DNA from: Nanohaloarchaea archaeon B1-Br10_U2g21
GTDB taxonomy: Archaea > Nanohalarchaeota > Nanosalinia > Nanosalinales > Nanosalinaceae
Reading direction: 5' to 3'
Length of the DNA stretch: 64,000 nucleotides
Assembly (NCBI GenBank): GCA_001563915.1
Contig: LKMP01000001.1
Coordinates: 48,604-112,603 of the forward strand
The translations under genes were made by a program, and so were the position numbers. Shown piece after piece: positions 51,067-61,010 of the stretch (its first letter is position 1; each line of letters starts with the position of its first letter). The notes beneath the pieces were generated by a model. It saw nothing but the letters and a program-made list of their open reading frames with translations, ran no database searches and was not told the origin of the DNA.

Positions 51067-51603
51067 ATGGATTTTGATGATTTTGAGAGCTTAGAAGCAA
51101 TAATAAGACCTTACAACGATGATTCCAAAGTTCTAGGCAGATTTGATTATTTTGAAAGTAGCGTTATTGCGGGCAGGTCTAAAGACTCTGGTTTTATAGC
51201 TCTCGGAACTGAAGAGAATGCAATTGAGGCTTTGGACACTGTAAATATGTACTTTCCTTTGAGAGGGGATTTGAGCGTGTGCTATGCTGGAGATGAAGCG
51301 GCTAGAGGACTTGACTTGCATATGTATCAGTCCTATGAACACAATAACTGGAAAAAACTGGATGCAGACACAGAATTTTTTGGTTTTCAATGGGGTTGTG
51401 ACTCTGGCGAGTTTTTCGGTAAAGAAGGAAATTATATGGCTTTATATTCTAAAGAAGATAGAGGAGTTGACAGAGAATTTATGGAGGGTGTTCGTGAAGT
51501 TGCTCCGGAATTTAATGAGGTATTAGACGATAGAGCTATTGCGGATATAAGTTCTTTTTTGTCAACTCCGCCTAACTTAATCTGCCGCGGATCATATTTT
51601 TAA
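51067..51603 (+). CDS. hypothetical protein
   Basis: 178-aa acidic ORF, no recognised motif. Confidence 0.65.
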   Translation: MDFDDFESLEAIIRPYNDDSKVLGRFDYFESSVIAGRSKDSGFIALGTEENAIEALDTVNMYFPLRGDLSVCYAGDEAARGLDLHMYQSYEHNNWKKLDADTEFFGFQWGCDSGEFFGKEGNYMALYSKEDRGVDREFMEGVREVAPEFNEVLDDRAIADISSFLSTPPNLICRGSYF

Positions 51604-51663
51604 ACAAGGATTTTTTTGTGTAAAAGAAGTATTTATGACTCTTCAGGAGACTGTTCATAAATT

Positions 51664-52149
51664 ATGAACTCTCTCAATAATGATGTTAGAAGAGTACTAG
51701 ATACTTTAAATAACGAAATAGACGCGGACAGTATCGGTGCTTTGCACGCATTTTTTGATGAGAAGCCTGACAGTTATTCTTTAACACAGCAAGATCTTGA
51801 CTATCTCAAGAATAGAGGTATCAAAGGCTTGGATAATTTAGCGAAATGTAGTAGTTACTTCATAGAGTTCAGAGAATCAGATAAGTCTAATTTCAGGTAT
51901 TTTGTTGAAAACTATTCTGAAGTGCTTCCAGATATAGAATTGATAATAACGCCTACTAACCGCGCTTTTTCTGCAACTCGGGCTTCTTCTAGCGGTGCTT
52001 CTGCAGGGACGGTGGCTAGTCAACTCCACAAAGCAGGTCTTGCTGAAAAATGTGGGGTGAAAAGAACCTACAGGATGACAAGTAGTGCTGAAGACTATAG
52101 AATGGTGGAACACGTCGTAAACAGCATAGATGAGCCTTCAGAAGATTAA
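51664..52149 (+). CDS. hypothetical protein, C-terminal wHTH-like
   Basis: AGTVASQLHKAGLAEK....TYRM. Confidence 0.6.
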   Translation: MNSLNNDVRRVLDTLNNEIDADSIGALHAFFDEKPDSYSLTQQDLDYLKNRGIKGLDNLAKCSSYFIEFRESDKSNFRYFVENYSEVLPDIELIITPTNRAFSATRASSSGASAGTVASQLHKAGLAEKCGVKRTYRMTSSAEDYRMVEHVVNSIDEPSED

Positions 52150-52310
52150 TAAGAGAGTCAAGCATTTTAACAATTCTCAGGTTGTATTTGGATAAATTCC
52201 TGTTAATTACTTCTGTTGTATGCGGCCTATAATGTTCTGCAAAGAAGTAGTTCTAATTTAACCGAACAACGTCATATACATTATAAAGAAGCTCTGACTA
52301 TTTACTTCCT

Positions 52311-52817
52311 ATGGGAATAAAACACACAGTTCTAATACTATCAGTCTTACTATCAATTAGTATTGCGACAGCATTTTCAAGTTCTGTAAGCTTTGATGAT
52401 CCTGAAACAACAGATTACAGTGAACGCGATGTTGAAGCAGTATGTGGAGATGTTGATGTAAATTCACAAGATGTAGATGTGGATGTTAATGAGACTGAAG
52501 TTACTTTTTCAGGTCTTTACTGTGCTAACACTGGAGGATATACGATTACAGAGCAAGATATGAATAGTACTGATGGCGAAATCCGAGCAGTTGTGGAGAT
52601 AGAAGAACCTAGAGACGATCAGGTAGTTACGACAGTAATTACCCCGGTAGAATTTAACATGACGGAAGAGTTTGATGATGGAGTTTATGAATTCGTCTAT
52701 GATGTAAAAATTGCTAATGAAACTTTGGAATCTGATGCTCAAGAAATCGAGATCGGAGATATAGAAGATACAACTATCTTTGGCTCCATTGTAAATTGGT
52801 TTGCAACACTGTTCTAA
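52311..52817 (+). CDS. exported acidic beta-rich protein (PrcB C-terminal-like)
   Basis: Signal peptide; ANTGGYTI and VVTTVITP; amphipathic C-tail. Confidence 0.72.
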   Translation: MGIKHTVLILSVLLSISIATAFSSSVSFDDPETTDYSERDVEAVCGDVDVNSQDVDVDVNETEVTFSGLYCANTGGYTITEQDMNSTDGEIRAVVEIEEPRDDQVVTTVITPVEFNMTEEFDDGVYEFVYDVKIANETLESDAQEIEIGDIEDTTIFGSIVNWFATLF

Positions 52818-52923
52818 GATTAAAACATGTTTTTCCTCATATTTTTTACATAGCCTATCTTTTTTCCCTTATTTAGTTCTGTAATTTGTTTTAACTGGAT
52901 TAAAATTCCTCTATTTGTATACC

Positions 52924-53811
52924 ATGAATTATCAAAAGACGTGCGCGTTATTGATAGCGTGTCTAGCCCTATCTGTAGGTATGGTGGCTGCTTCAGAAGA
53001 CAATTCGACCGATTCTGAGCCCATAGAAGAAAATATTACAGACTATGAGTTCAGTTTCGAGATAGTTGATACAGAAATTGAAGAAGAACAGCTTGATTAC
53101 GAGGTAGGAAATGATGGAGTTGAGTTAAGTGGAACAGTAGAGCAACCTACTCCGTGCCACGAACTCAACGCCACAGTCCCAGAAGATGAACAATACACAC
53201 TGAACATAGACTCAGAAGAGATTGAGACAGAAAACGATGAAGCCTGTCCGCAAGTAGTAGAATACGATAGTTTCGAGGCCCTATTCGATGCAGCGTATCC
53301 TTATGAATTGACAGTAAACTTTGACGACAGCGAAATGGCTGTACTGTCTATAGATGAGTCCGGAAACGTAGAAAACTATGACCAAACAGAGAACCTGAAC
53401 GAAACTGAAGGCTTAGAAGAAGACGTGAATGAGACGGATACTGAAGAACCAGACGAGACAGAAGTAAACGAAACTGAAGATACAGAACTGAATGAAACAG
53501 ACGAAGAGCTTAATGAGACAGAACAACAATCAGAAGACGAAACAGATGAACTAGTAAACGAAACAGAACCTAGCAACGAAACAGAAGAGGAAGAGTCTCC
53601 ACAACCAGACATTGAAATAGAAGAAGACGTTGACGAAACAGATGAACCAGAAATTGAATTAGAAGACGAAGAAACAACAGAACAGTCTGAAGAAGATCAG
53701 GAAGAGACAGTCGGACCTGAAGAAGAGATTGAAGAAGAGGACGAATCAGTTATAGACAACGCTATCACAAGCGTATCAAACATTATCAACACTATTATTC
53801 CCGGGAGATAG
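52924..53811 (+). CDS. exported acidic protein with NET-repeat stalk
   Basis: Signal peptide; QPTPCHEL..CPQVV; seven N-E-T sequons. Confidence 0.75.
   Translation: MNYQKTCALLIACLALSVGMVAASEDNSTDSEPIEENITDYEFSFEIVDTEIEEEQLDYEVGNDGVELSGTVEQPTPCHELNATVPEDEQYTLNIDSEEIETENDEACPQVVEYDSFEALFDAAYPYELTVNFDDSEMAVLSIDESGNVENYDQTENLNETEGLEEDVNETDTEEPDETEVNETEDTELNETDEELNETEQQSEDETDELVNETEPSNETEEEESPQPDIEIEEDVDETDEPEIELEDEETTEQSEEDQEETVGPEEEIEEEDESVIDNAITSVSNIINTIIPGR
53395..53600 (+). repeat. degenerate coding tandem repeat (AAC/AAT GAA/GAG ACN; N-E-T)
   Basis: Seven imperfect [LVS]NET[ED] units. Confidence 0.7.
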
Positions 53812-53814
53812 AGG

Positions 53815-55014
53815 CTAGTTCGTTGTAACTATCTCTATAACATCCCCATTTTCTATTTTTCTATCTCCGCTGACTTGCCGATTCTCTCTACAATCAATAC
53901 CATGCAAGAATCCCTCTCCGAGATCAGAGTGAATCTCAAACGCGAAATCTAAGACTGTGGAGTCATCAGGCACTAAGAAACAATCAGGTAAGATATTACC
54001 ATGCTCATCGCCTAAACCATCGGCGCCACCGGGAAATACATACTTCAGACCTAACTCCTCAAAAACTGCTACTTCTAAGGCTTCTTGCACGCCAGTGCTT
54101 CCAAAGTCTTCGAGAAATTCTTTTATTTCTGTCAGGCCCTCTAACTGCTCGCTGCTTAAGTTATCCTCGTTTAAAATCTCAAAATCGGAATCTCCTGGCC
54201 AGTAGTTCAACAAATCCTGCTCATCTGCGTTCTTTAGCGCTTTTTCAGCATGAGCACTACAAGGCACAATTTCAAGATGAGAATACTCACTATCATTCGT
54301 AATCTCTTCAAAATTTTCACGCCCTTTTTCAGTGTCTAGTTTATTAGCAGCAATAACCATAGGTTTCGTTGCTTTTCTGATGCTTCTTGCAAGACTTAAC
54401 TTATCCATGTCACTCCATGTATCAGGATCTAATTCTAAATTTTCATTCAGAATAATTTTCTTGACTTGATTTTTGTTAGTTTTGAAAGCACTCATTTGCT
54501 CTGCAAGCTCTTCTTCTAGTTTGACGTCTTGTTGACGTGCTTTACCATCAAAACGTTCAATTCCTTTTTCAAGGATGCCTAGATACCATTGGTCCAGTTC
54601 ATTCTCTAGAAAATTAATATCTTCTCTTGGGTTATGTCCTTCAGTTGGTTCGCCTTTTGCGTCTGTTTCTCCTGAAAAATCCACTATGTGGATTAGCACA
54701 TCTGCCTCATTTAAATCGCTTAAGAACTTATTTCCTAGTCCTTTACCCTCATGCGCTCCGGGCACTAATCCCGCAACATCAACTAGTTTCACAGGCACGT
54801 ACCTTGTACCATCATGATAGAATCCGACCCTGGGGTCTGGTGTCTCATCGAAATCTGGAGCCGCGTCTTGGACACGCACATAGGCCTCGCCCACAGAAGG
54901 CTCAATTGTAGTAAATGGGTACGCAGCTTCATCCACATTGTTCATTGTGGCTGCATTAAAGAAAGTTGATTTTCCAACACTGGGTTTTCCCACAAGTCCG
55001 ATCTTGTATGCCAT
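53815..55014 (-). CDS. ychF: YchF/OLA1 family ATPase (archaeal type with TGS domain)
   Basis: GLVGKPSVGKST, YPFTTIEP, DVAGLVPGA, ANKLD; start reassigned to ATG 55014. Confidence 0.95.
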   Translation of the reverse strand: MAYKIGLVGKPSVGKSTFFNAATMNNVDEAAYPFTTIEPSVGEAYVRVQDAAPDFDETPDPRVGFYHDGTRYVPVKLVDVAGLVPGAHEGKGLGNKFLSDLNEADVLIHIVDFSGETDAKGEPTEGHNPREDINFLENELDQWYLGILEKGIERFDGKARQQDVKLEEELAEQMSAFKTNKNQVKKIILNENLELDPDTWSDMDKLSLARSIRKATKPMVIAANKLDTEKGRENFEEITNDSEYSHLEIVPCSAHAEKALKNADEQDLLNYWPGDSDFEILNEDNLSSEQLEGLTEIKEFLEDFGSTGVQEALEVAVFEELGLKYVFPGGADGLGDEHGNILPDCFLVPDDSTVLDFAFEIHSDLGEGFLHGIDCRENRQVSGDRKIENGDVIEIVTTN

Positions 55015-55042
55015 AAGCTTAACTAATACACAAATCCTATTA

Positions 55043-55342
55043 ATGAGTATGAGTTTTAGAAATAGAAATAATCCTGCAAATAAAAAATTTGTCAGTATTG
55101 AAGAGGCACGCCAAGCAGTTTTCAAGCAGATTGACATAGTGGAAAATGAAAAGGAAGCTCCTAAAGGCCGTGAAATTGGTAGTCCTCCGAATGACGCAGC
55201 TATGAATATCCTTGAGAACTACACAGTACAATACTTTACTTTGTTACAAGAACAGTATGAATTTAGCTTCAGCATCCGTGATGTAGCTCAAGAGTTTACG
55301 TCCTGTGTTCTAAATCCAAGTAACACTAACCAAAAGAGCTAA
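55043..55342 (+). CDS. hypothetical protein
   Basis: Part of ORF 54938-55342 not overlapping ychF; fills the gap. Confidence 0.5.
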   Translation: MSMSFRNRNNPANKKFVSIEEARQAVFKQIDIVENEKEAPKGREIGSPPNDAAMNILENYTVQYFTLLQEQYEFSFSIRDVAQEFTSCVLNPSNTNQKS

Positions 55343-55479
55343 TGAAAATATTACAGTATATTCATACTAAATCTCCGTCAGAAGCAGAGAAACTTAAGAC
55401 TAATATTGACAATTTCTTCAAAAGGAATTATGTCTGAAATGTCATAGAACGTTAAAACATTCAGCTGTTTATAATAACT

Positions 55480-55857
55480 ATGAGAAGGCTGGAACTTCCT
55501 GGGAGAGGCAAGGATATGCCTAGGCTTGATCAACAAGATGTTAAGTTGATAAAGAAAATCGGGATATCTGGCCTTAAAGAACAGACTCAACAAATATTGG
55601 AACTAAAACTGAGACAGCAGCCTGAGAATGATGGAAAACAAACTCCAAAAGCAGGGAACCCAGTTTATAAGGCGATGCATGCATGTCGAGCGTCTTCACG
55701 GCAAGAATTATCAAGAGCTCATCGAATACCTGCAGGAAAAGAACTAACAGATAATCAGGTGGATTCAGTAGTTAATTTACTGACTCGGTGGATTGCAAGA
55801 GAATATAATTTCTATATTGAGGAAGAAGACCGTCAGAAAAGCCTTAGCCAATTCTAA
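55480..55857 (+). CDS. DUF4186 family protein
   Basis: NDGKQTP..G.PVY.A.HA...HRIP.G..L. Confidence 0.8.
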   Translation: MRRLELPGRGKDMPRLDQQDVKLIKKIGISGLKEQTQQILELKLRQQPENDGKQTPKAGNPVYKAMHACRASSRQELSRAHRIPAGKELTDNQVDSVVNLLTRWIAREYNFYIEEEDRQKSLSQF

Positions 55858-57152
55858 ACTAAGCCTTCCTCTTTTAAGTGGTCAACTACATCCTCTAGGG
55901 CTAGCAACTCTTCTTTACCAGACTCCATATGTTTCATAGTTACTTTATCATTTTCTAGATCCCGTTCGCCAATAATCAAAACTCTTTTTGAATTAATACT
56001 ATCGGCATAACCAAGCTGATCGCCAAAACCTCGGCCTCCAAGATCAGTCTCAACTATAAGCCCTTCATTTCGTAATTCTGATGCATAATCTAGTGCAATA
56101 TCTCGTACAGAGTCAGAAACTGACAAAATGTACACATCAGTCTCAATTCCTTTAAGAGGCCACATATCTTCTTGTTTCAACAACTCTATAGTTGTAGAAT
56201 ATCCAAATGCAAAACCTACAGCAGGTACTTCACGACCTCCAAATAAACCTACAAGATTATCATAACGACCTCCTCCAAATAAAGCTCTCAACTCGCCTTC
56301 AGCATCAAATGCTTCAAAAACAAGACCAGTGTAGTAAGCAAGACCTCTTACAATTGAAAGATCTATTCGGCACGCTTGGGAAACTCCATAGGCATTAAGC
56401 ATCTCAGCTAAATCCTTCATACGCTGGACTGATTCAGAGGATTCTTTAGGCGCAAGTTCTTGCAAATCCTCAATAGTGGACGAAATAGGTCCTGAAATTT
56501 CTGTGAGTTCATCAACTTTCTCTGCTTGACCCTGTGAAAGGCCTTCTTCCAATAGTCCTTCTATAAATTCTTCTCGACTCAGCTTCTCTTTGTCGTCAAT
56601 TACTTTCATTGCTGCATCTGTTCTTTCAACGCCATGAGCATCTAAGAGCGACTCGAGCAGTCGCCTATCATTGATTAAAAAATTTACACGATCCTCTATA
56701 CCGAGTTTCTTATAAATTGTAACTGCAGCAGCTATGATCTCTGCATCGGCTTCTACACTCTCAACTCCGAAAATATCGAAATCTCCTTGCAGAAACTCGC
56801 GATCCCTACCTCTTTGCACATCCTCATATCTCCACCGCTTAGAGGTATCATACCATTTAATAGGCGTTTTCAAGTCTTTCCGCGCCTGCACTAAACGAGC
56901 TCTAGTAGGAGTTTGTTCAGGAATCAGGGAAATCTCACGTCCGCCCTTATCATCAAAGTTGTACATTTGTTCCATTAACTCGTCACCAGACTTTATACGG
57001 TACAACTCTGCACGTTCAACACTTGGAACGTGCAACTGTCTGAAACCAAACTCTTCAGCAGTATCATCAACTATCTCAATCAGTTTTTTCCAGCTAGCGT
57101 ACTCTTTTGGGTAGCGATCATAAAAACCTTTCAAACCTTGAATCTCAGCCAT
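55854..57152 (-). CDS. hisS: histidine--tRNA ligase
   Basis: PEQT, WRYE..QRGR.REF.Q, RGLAYYTG, GGGRYD. Confidence 0.97.
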   Translation of the reverse strand: MAEIQGLKGFYDRYPKEYASWKKLIEIVDDTAEEFGFRQLHVPSVERAELYRIKSGDELMEQMYNFDDKGGREISLIPEQTPTRARLVQARKDLKTPIKWYDTSKRWRYEDVQRGRDREFLQGDFDIFGVESVEADAEIIAAAVTIYKKLGIEDRVNFLINDRRLLESLLDAHGVERTDAAMKVIDDKEKLSREEFIEGLLEEGLSQGQAEKVDELTEISGPISSTIEDLQELAPKESSESVQRMKDLAEMLNAYGVSQACRIDLSIVRGLAYYTGLVFEAFDAEGELRALFGGGRYDNLVGLFGGREVPAVGFAFGYSTTIELLKQEDMWPLKGIETDVYILSVSDSVRDIALDYASELRNEGLIVETDLGGRGFGDQLGYADSINSKRVLIIGERDLENDKVTMKHMESGKEELLALEDVVDHLKEEGLV

Positions 57153-57155
57153 TTT

Positions 57156-57962
57156 TTATTCTGCCTCACAGGTATTGATTTGTTCCGTTAGTTTTTCATT
57201 CTTGACTGATTTAAAGCCGAGAATTTCTTCATAAGATTCCGACATTAACACAGGATAAAATTCTTTATCCGCCATCTTCTTCTGGGTAAGAGATTCCGCA
57301 AATTTTTCCCCTTCATTAACTCTTTGGAAATTTACTGCAGTAAAAACCCAGTTCTCTGAATTTTTCTCTTCCTCATCAAATACTTCAAAGACTTCCACAG
57401 TGTTATAGCTGCATTCACCTTCTATAGCTCCAGCATTAACTAGAAATTGTTTAAGCAATTTATAAGCCATTTCTTCTGCATTTTTTGACTCTTTAGGCCC
57501 TAATTCTATCTCTACGCCACCATAAAAGTTTACTCCGCAACCAGGAGTATAACTTATTTCAACAATTTTTTCTAGGCCTGTGTCCTTTACCGCTTCAAAA
57601 GTTTTCTTATCCCTTCTAGAAAAAAGTGCGAAAGGTACCGGGTTTGAACCAGTAGCGTGTATATCAAGTACTTTAAGACCTTCTAATTCCTCTATAAGTT
57701 TTGAAGCCAGTCTTTCTTCATACAAATCTGATTCAATATTGCCTGGAAAACTCCTATTCAAATCACAGTCTATAAACCGTTTATTCTTTTCTAAAGCTCT
57801 CTCATTAGCCAATACAAACTTCACTGTTTTTATGAAGCAAATGTTTTCTTCCAGAAGGCGATCTACGGCTTTCTTACCCGAAGGCTCATCACCGTGCACA
57901 CAGTAAACAACTCCGATTTCAGCATCCCCAGAACCTACAGTCTCTATTTTCATCTTCATCAC
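57156..57962 (-). CDS. succinylglutamate desuccinylase/aspartoacylase family zinc deacylase
   Basis: VHGDE, DLNRSFPG, LDIH. Confidence 0.9.
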   Translation of the reverse strand: MMKMKIETVGSGDAEIGVVYCVHGDEPSGKKAVDRLLEENICFIKTVKFVLANERALEKNKRFIDCDLNRSFPGNIESDLYEERLASKLIEELEGLKVLDIHATGSNPVPFALFSRRDKKTFEAVKDTGLEKIVEISYTPGCGVNFYGGVEIELGPKESKNAEEMAYKLLKQFLVNAGAIEGECSYNTVEVFEVFDEEEKNSENWVFTAVNFQRVNEGEKFAESLTQKKMADKEFYPVLMSESYEEILGFKSVKNEKLTEQINTCEAE

Positions 57963-57989
57963 TTCAAAAAAGAAAGAATGAATAGAGGT

Positions 57990-58589
57990 CTATACCTCTC
58001 TCCATAGATACATCCTTTCATCTTCCAGGTTTTCTCCTATAGCTTCCACAGTTTCAGTTAAAACCTCTCCATCAACTAACACTTCTTCAAACCCTAGATC
58101 ATGATCTATCTGAAGCTTCTTTTTATTCTCAGAAGTATTGGAGGTACGCATCAAACCTTTTTCAACATCATCTCTATCTTTAATTCTATCGAGTTCTGCA
58201 GACTTCAGACCTTTTCCAATACCTTGATTACGATACTCTTCTAATACTCCAAGCTCTGCGAAGTAAAAAGCAGAGTTCTCAAAAAAGTTCTCTTCACATC
58301 TTGAAAGTTCTTCAGGAAAATTCTCCCTATCTTGGGATTCGAGAACATATCCAAATGCAAAACCTACTGGCACATTGTTTTCTATAGCCATTAACCCCTC
58401 AAAATCTCTATCTTCTAGGCCTGTGATGATTTGCTCTGCTGTTTCATAATCAAAGTTGTCATTGTAAACTGAATTGTTGAAAGTGCAGCTGTATGAGCCT
58501 ATAAGCGCTGATAAATATTTTTCATCGCTTAAGGAGTACAAAGATTCTGGATTAAAGGAGAGGTCAACAAGTTTTACATCATTGCTCAC
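57990..58589 (-). CDS. GNAT family N-acetyltransferase
   Basis: VGFAFG, AELGVLEEYRNQGIGKGL, LGF. Confidence 0.88.
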   Translation of the reverse strand: MSNDVKLVDLSFNPESLYSLSDEKYLSALIGSYSCTFNNSVYNDNFDYETAEQIITGLEDRDFEGLMAIENNVPVGFAFGYVLESQDRENFPEELSRCEENFFENSAFYFAELGVLEEYRNQGIGKGLKSAELDRIKDRDDVEKGLMRTSNTSENKKKLQIDHDLGFEEVLVDGEVLTETVEAIGENLEDERMYLWREV

Positions 58590-58824
58590 TGAAAACTACC
58601 TCCAACTCATTACGTTGATACTTAAAACTCTCAATGTTGTCTAACTCCTTCAAAACTGATAAAGCTGCTTCCAAATCATCTGCCTTGAAAAAACGCCTCC
58701 TAACTCGTTTAGCAGAAAGCAGTACAAAATCTTTGCTGTTTAAATCTGCTTTATCCCGCAGATTTGAAGGAAAAGTGACTCTGCCTTTCGAATCAAGTCT
58801 GCCGAGCCATGTGAAGACAGCCAC
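58579..58824 (-). CDS. AbrB/MazE/SpoVT family DNA-binding protein
   Basis: LDSKGRVTFPSNLRDKADL..KD.V; GTG start. Confidence 0.78.
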   Translation of the reverse strand: MAVFTWLGRLDSKGRVTFPSNLRDKADLNSKDFVLLSAKRVRRRFFKADDLEAALSVLKELDNIESFKYQRNELEVVFSEQ

Positions 58825-59130
58825 CCTGATTGGAGCCCTTAGAACTAGAGCTGTATCTATCTAAAAGATTTTCAAATGTTTTTTCTGAAGCTGATGTGAA
58901 CGTATTCACCTTGCATTGTAAATCGCCTATACGTAGATAATTCAGAGTTATTTATAAACTTCTTTGGGCGTGAGGTGGGATAAAAGACCTAAGTCACCAA
59001 GAAAAAACCTTGTTGTAGGTAGCTTTGTTTTTTTCAAATATATGGAGACTAATAACTAGTGAACAGAGATGTAACTTTTGTAGCGCCTGACGCAGTTCAT
59101 AATTAAAAGCTTTAACACTAGTCCTAATCT

Positions 59131-59292
59131 ATGGCACAGAAATTTGAAGAAGCTGAAGAAAGAATCTTCAAGAACGTCTATGTCTGCAGACGCTGTAACG
59201 CAAAGATCAGGACACAGAATCCTGGTAAGACAAACTGCAGAAAATGTGGGTACAGACACTTGAGAAAGAAAAACGATCAGTTTGCAGGATAG
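59131..59292 (+). CDS. rpl40e: 50S ribosomal protein L40e
   Basis: Manual translation [25 protein letters not shown]...[14 protein letters not shown]; absent from ORF track. Confidence 0.93.
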   Translation: MAQKFEEAEERIFKNVYVCRRCNAKIRTQNPGKTNCRKCGYRHLRKKNDQFAG

Positions 59293-59373
59293 ATTAAGAG
59301 AACTGTGAGCTTGAACTAGCCAATAAGAAGATACCGGACTGATTAAAAATAGCTTTGTCCGTAACTTGTTTCT

Positions 59374-60255
59374 ATGGAATGGTTTGCAGCGGCACTTATT
59401 TCAGCAGTACTTTTCGTTGCAGCAGCAATAATCAGTAAGAAAGCGATGGAGGATACATCTCCTTTATTTTTCACATCAGCAATAATGCTTATTTCAACCC
59501 TATTCTATTTGCCAGTTTTTGTTTATTATTTTTCACTATCACAGATATCCACAATTCAAAGCCTCACAGTATTCATAATGTTGTCAGTAATTGCGAACGT
59601 AATAGGGTGGTTTTCATACAACTATGCTATCAAAAATGATCCAGTATCGATAGTAATGCCACTAAACAGGCTACAACCAGTTTTTGTAGCTATTTTCGCA
59701 TTTATATTCCTGCAAGAAGCCTTAAACGTCAGAATAAGTCTTGGAGTGATTATGGCAAGTCTTGGAGGATATGTAGTGCTGGTAAAAGATCCAAAACATC
59801 TATTATCGCCTTTTGAAAATATTTTGAGCGACAAAGGAGAGCAACTTGCAATACTTTCAGCCATAGCATTTGGAATAGCAGCAATTGCTGATAGAATAAT
59901 AACTACTAATCTTGCTCCAGAAGTGCACACATTTTTCATACTTACAGGCATGTCTATAGCCTTTAACGGATATCTTTACAGAAAAAACGGTAAAAAACAC
60001 TTCAAAAATCTTAGAACGCGTGTGAAGATGGATAAGAAGGCTTACCTCTCAGTAGGCATAATTCAAGCTGCTGCAATGCTGGCAGTAATGACAGCTCTAT
60101 CTCTGCAAGATGCGAGCAAAGTAGTGCCTGTGCTCCAGCTACAGGTTCCTCTAACAGTTATAGCTGGGGGAATGCTGTTCAAAGAAGATAATATACTGAT
60201 TAAGCTTCTTGGTTCAGCAATATTGCTGGCCGGAGTAGCGCTCGTAGCATTGTAA
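59374..60255 (+). CDS. EamA/DMT family transporter
   Basis: Two 5-TM repeats, SIVMPL..LQP, FLQE / LFKE. Confidence 0.88.
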   Translation: MEWFAAALISAVLFVAAAIISKKAMEDTSPLFFTSAIMLISTLFYLPVFVYYFSLSQISTIQSLTVFIMLSVIANVIGWFSYNYAIKNDPVSIVMPLNRLQPVFVAIFAFIFLQEALNVRISLGVIMASLGGYVVLVKDPKHLLSPFENILSDKGEQLAILSAIAFGIAAIADRIITTNLAPEVHTFFILTGMSIAFNGYLYRKNGKKHFKNLRTRVKMDKKAYLSVGIIQAAAMLAVMTALSLQDASKVVPVLQLQVPLTVIAGGMLFKEDNILIKLLGSAILLAGVALVAL

Positions 60256-60257
60256 CG

Positions 60258-60761
60258 CTAAGTTAATCTGTTAATTAAACGTTCAAAAATTGAGCCCTTA
60301 GACATCGACTTTAATTCGTCCAGTGCTGCTTTTTCCTCTCGCAGATTCTGGCGTAAAGAATCAATAATTTCGTTATCGTAATCTAGTATCTTAGCCATAT
60401 TGATTAAGGTCTCATAAGCATTTATTTCAATTCTCTCGGTTTTCATACCTACAGCAATATAGTACATATCCAACAAGTCTTCTTCCGTTGTCTCTATCTC
60501 TGCCTCACGAGTCTCAGCCATCACAGCATCTATCACATGGCTCTGCAACGCCACCGGATCCTCTCCAATCATAGTAAACACTTCCTCCAGTCTCATTATC
60601 TGATCCTGGGTTTCCAGTCGGTGATCTTGAAAAATTTCTCGCACAGACTCATCCATTGAGGCCTGAGCTAACATATCAAGCTCGTTTGATAACTCAGTTT
60701 CTATATAGTAGATATTTTGAAGTTTGTACACAAACAAGTCGTCCAAAGTTCTAATAACCAT
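60258..60761 (-). CDS. ferritin-like DUF892 (YciE/YciF) protein
   Basis: LDDLF..KL..IYYIE, H..ET..Q..RLE.VF, E..E...Y, L.EE. Confidence 0.9.
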   Translation of the reverse strand: MVIRTLDDLFVYKLQNIYYIETELSNELDMLAQASMDESVREIFQDHRLETQDQIMRLEEVFTMIGEDPVALQSHVIDAVMAETREAEIETTEEDLLDMYYIAVGMKTERIEINAYETLINMAKILDYDNEIIDSLRQNLREEKAALDELKSMSKGSIFERLINRLT

Positions 60762-60907
60762 GCTCCCACACCTCTGACAACTAGTTAACGGCCCAGCAAT
60801 AAAAGAAAGATTTTACACAGTCAACACTGATGTACCTCAATCAAAAATCTCTCCTTCATCAAGCCAGATACAATTTAAGAGTACCACACCTGAAAAACAA
60901 ATACAAG

Positions 60908-60979
60908 GCCCTGTTGGCTCAGCGGTAGAGCACGTCCTTGGTAAGGACGAGGTCCCGGGTTCAAATCCCGGACAGGGCT
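60908..60979 (+). tRNA. trnT: tRNA-Thr(GGT)
   Basis: GCCCTGT/ACAGGGC acceptor, CGTCC-TTGGTAA-GGACG anticodon arm, TTCAAAT T loop. Confidence 0.96.
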
Positions 60980-61010
60980 TCCCGTCAACAGTTCAAAGTC
61001 ATCATAGGAG

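Noticed and set aside
53395-53745. Possible CRISPR or non-coding tandem array
   Set aside because: Repeats are degenerate, in-frame and encode an acidic NET stalk; no constant repeat-spacer period
59056-59259. Minus-strand 67-aa ORF
   Set aside because: Shadow of rpl40e on the plus strand
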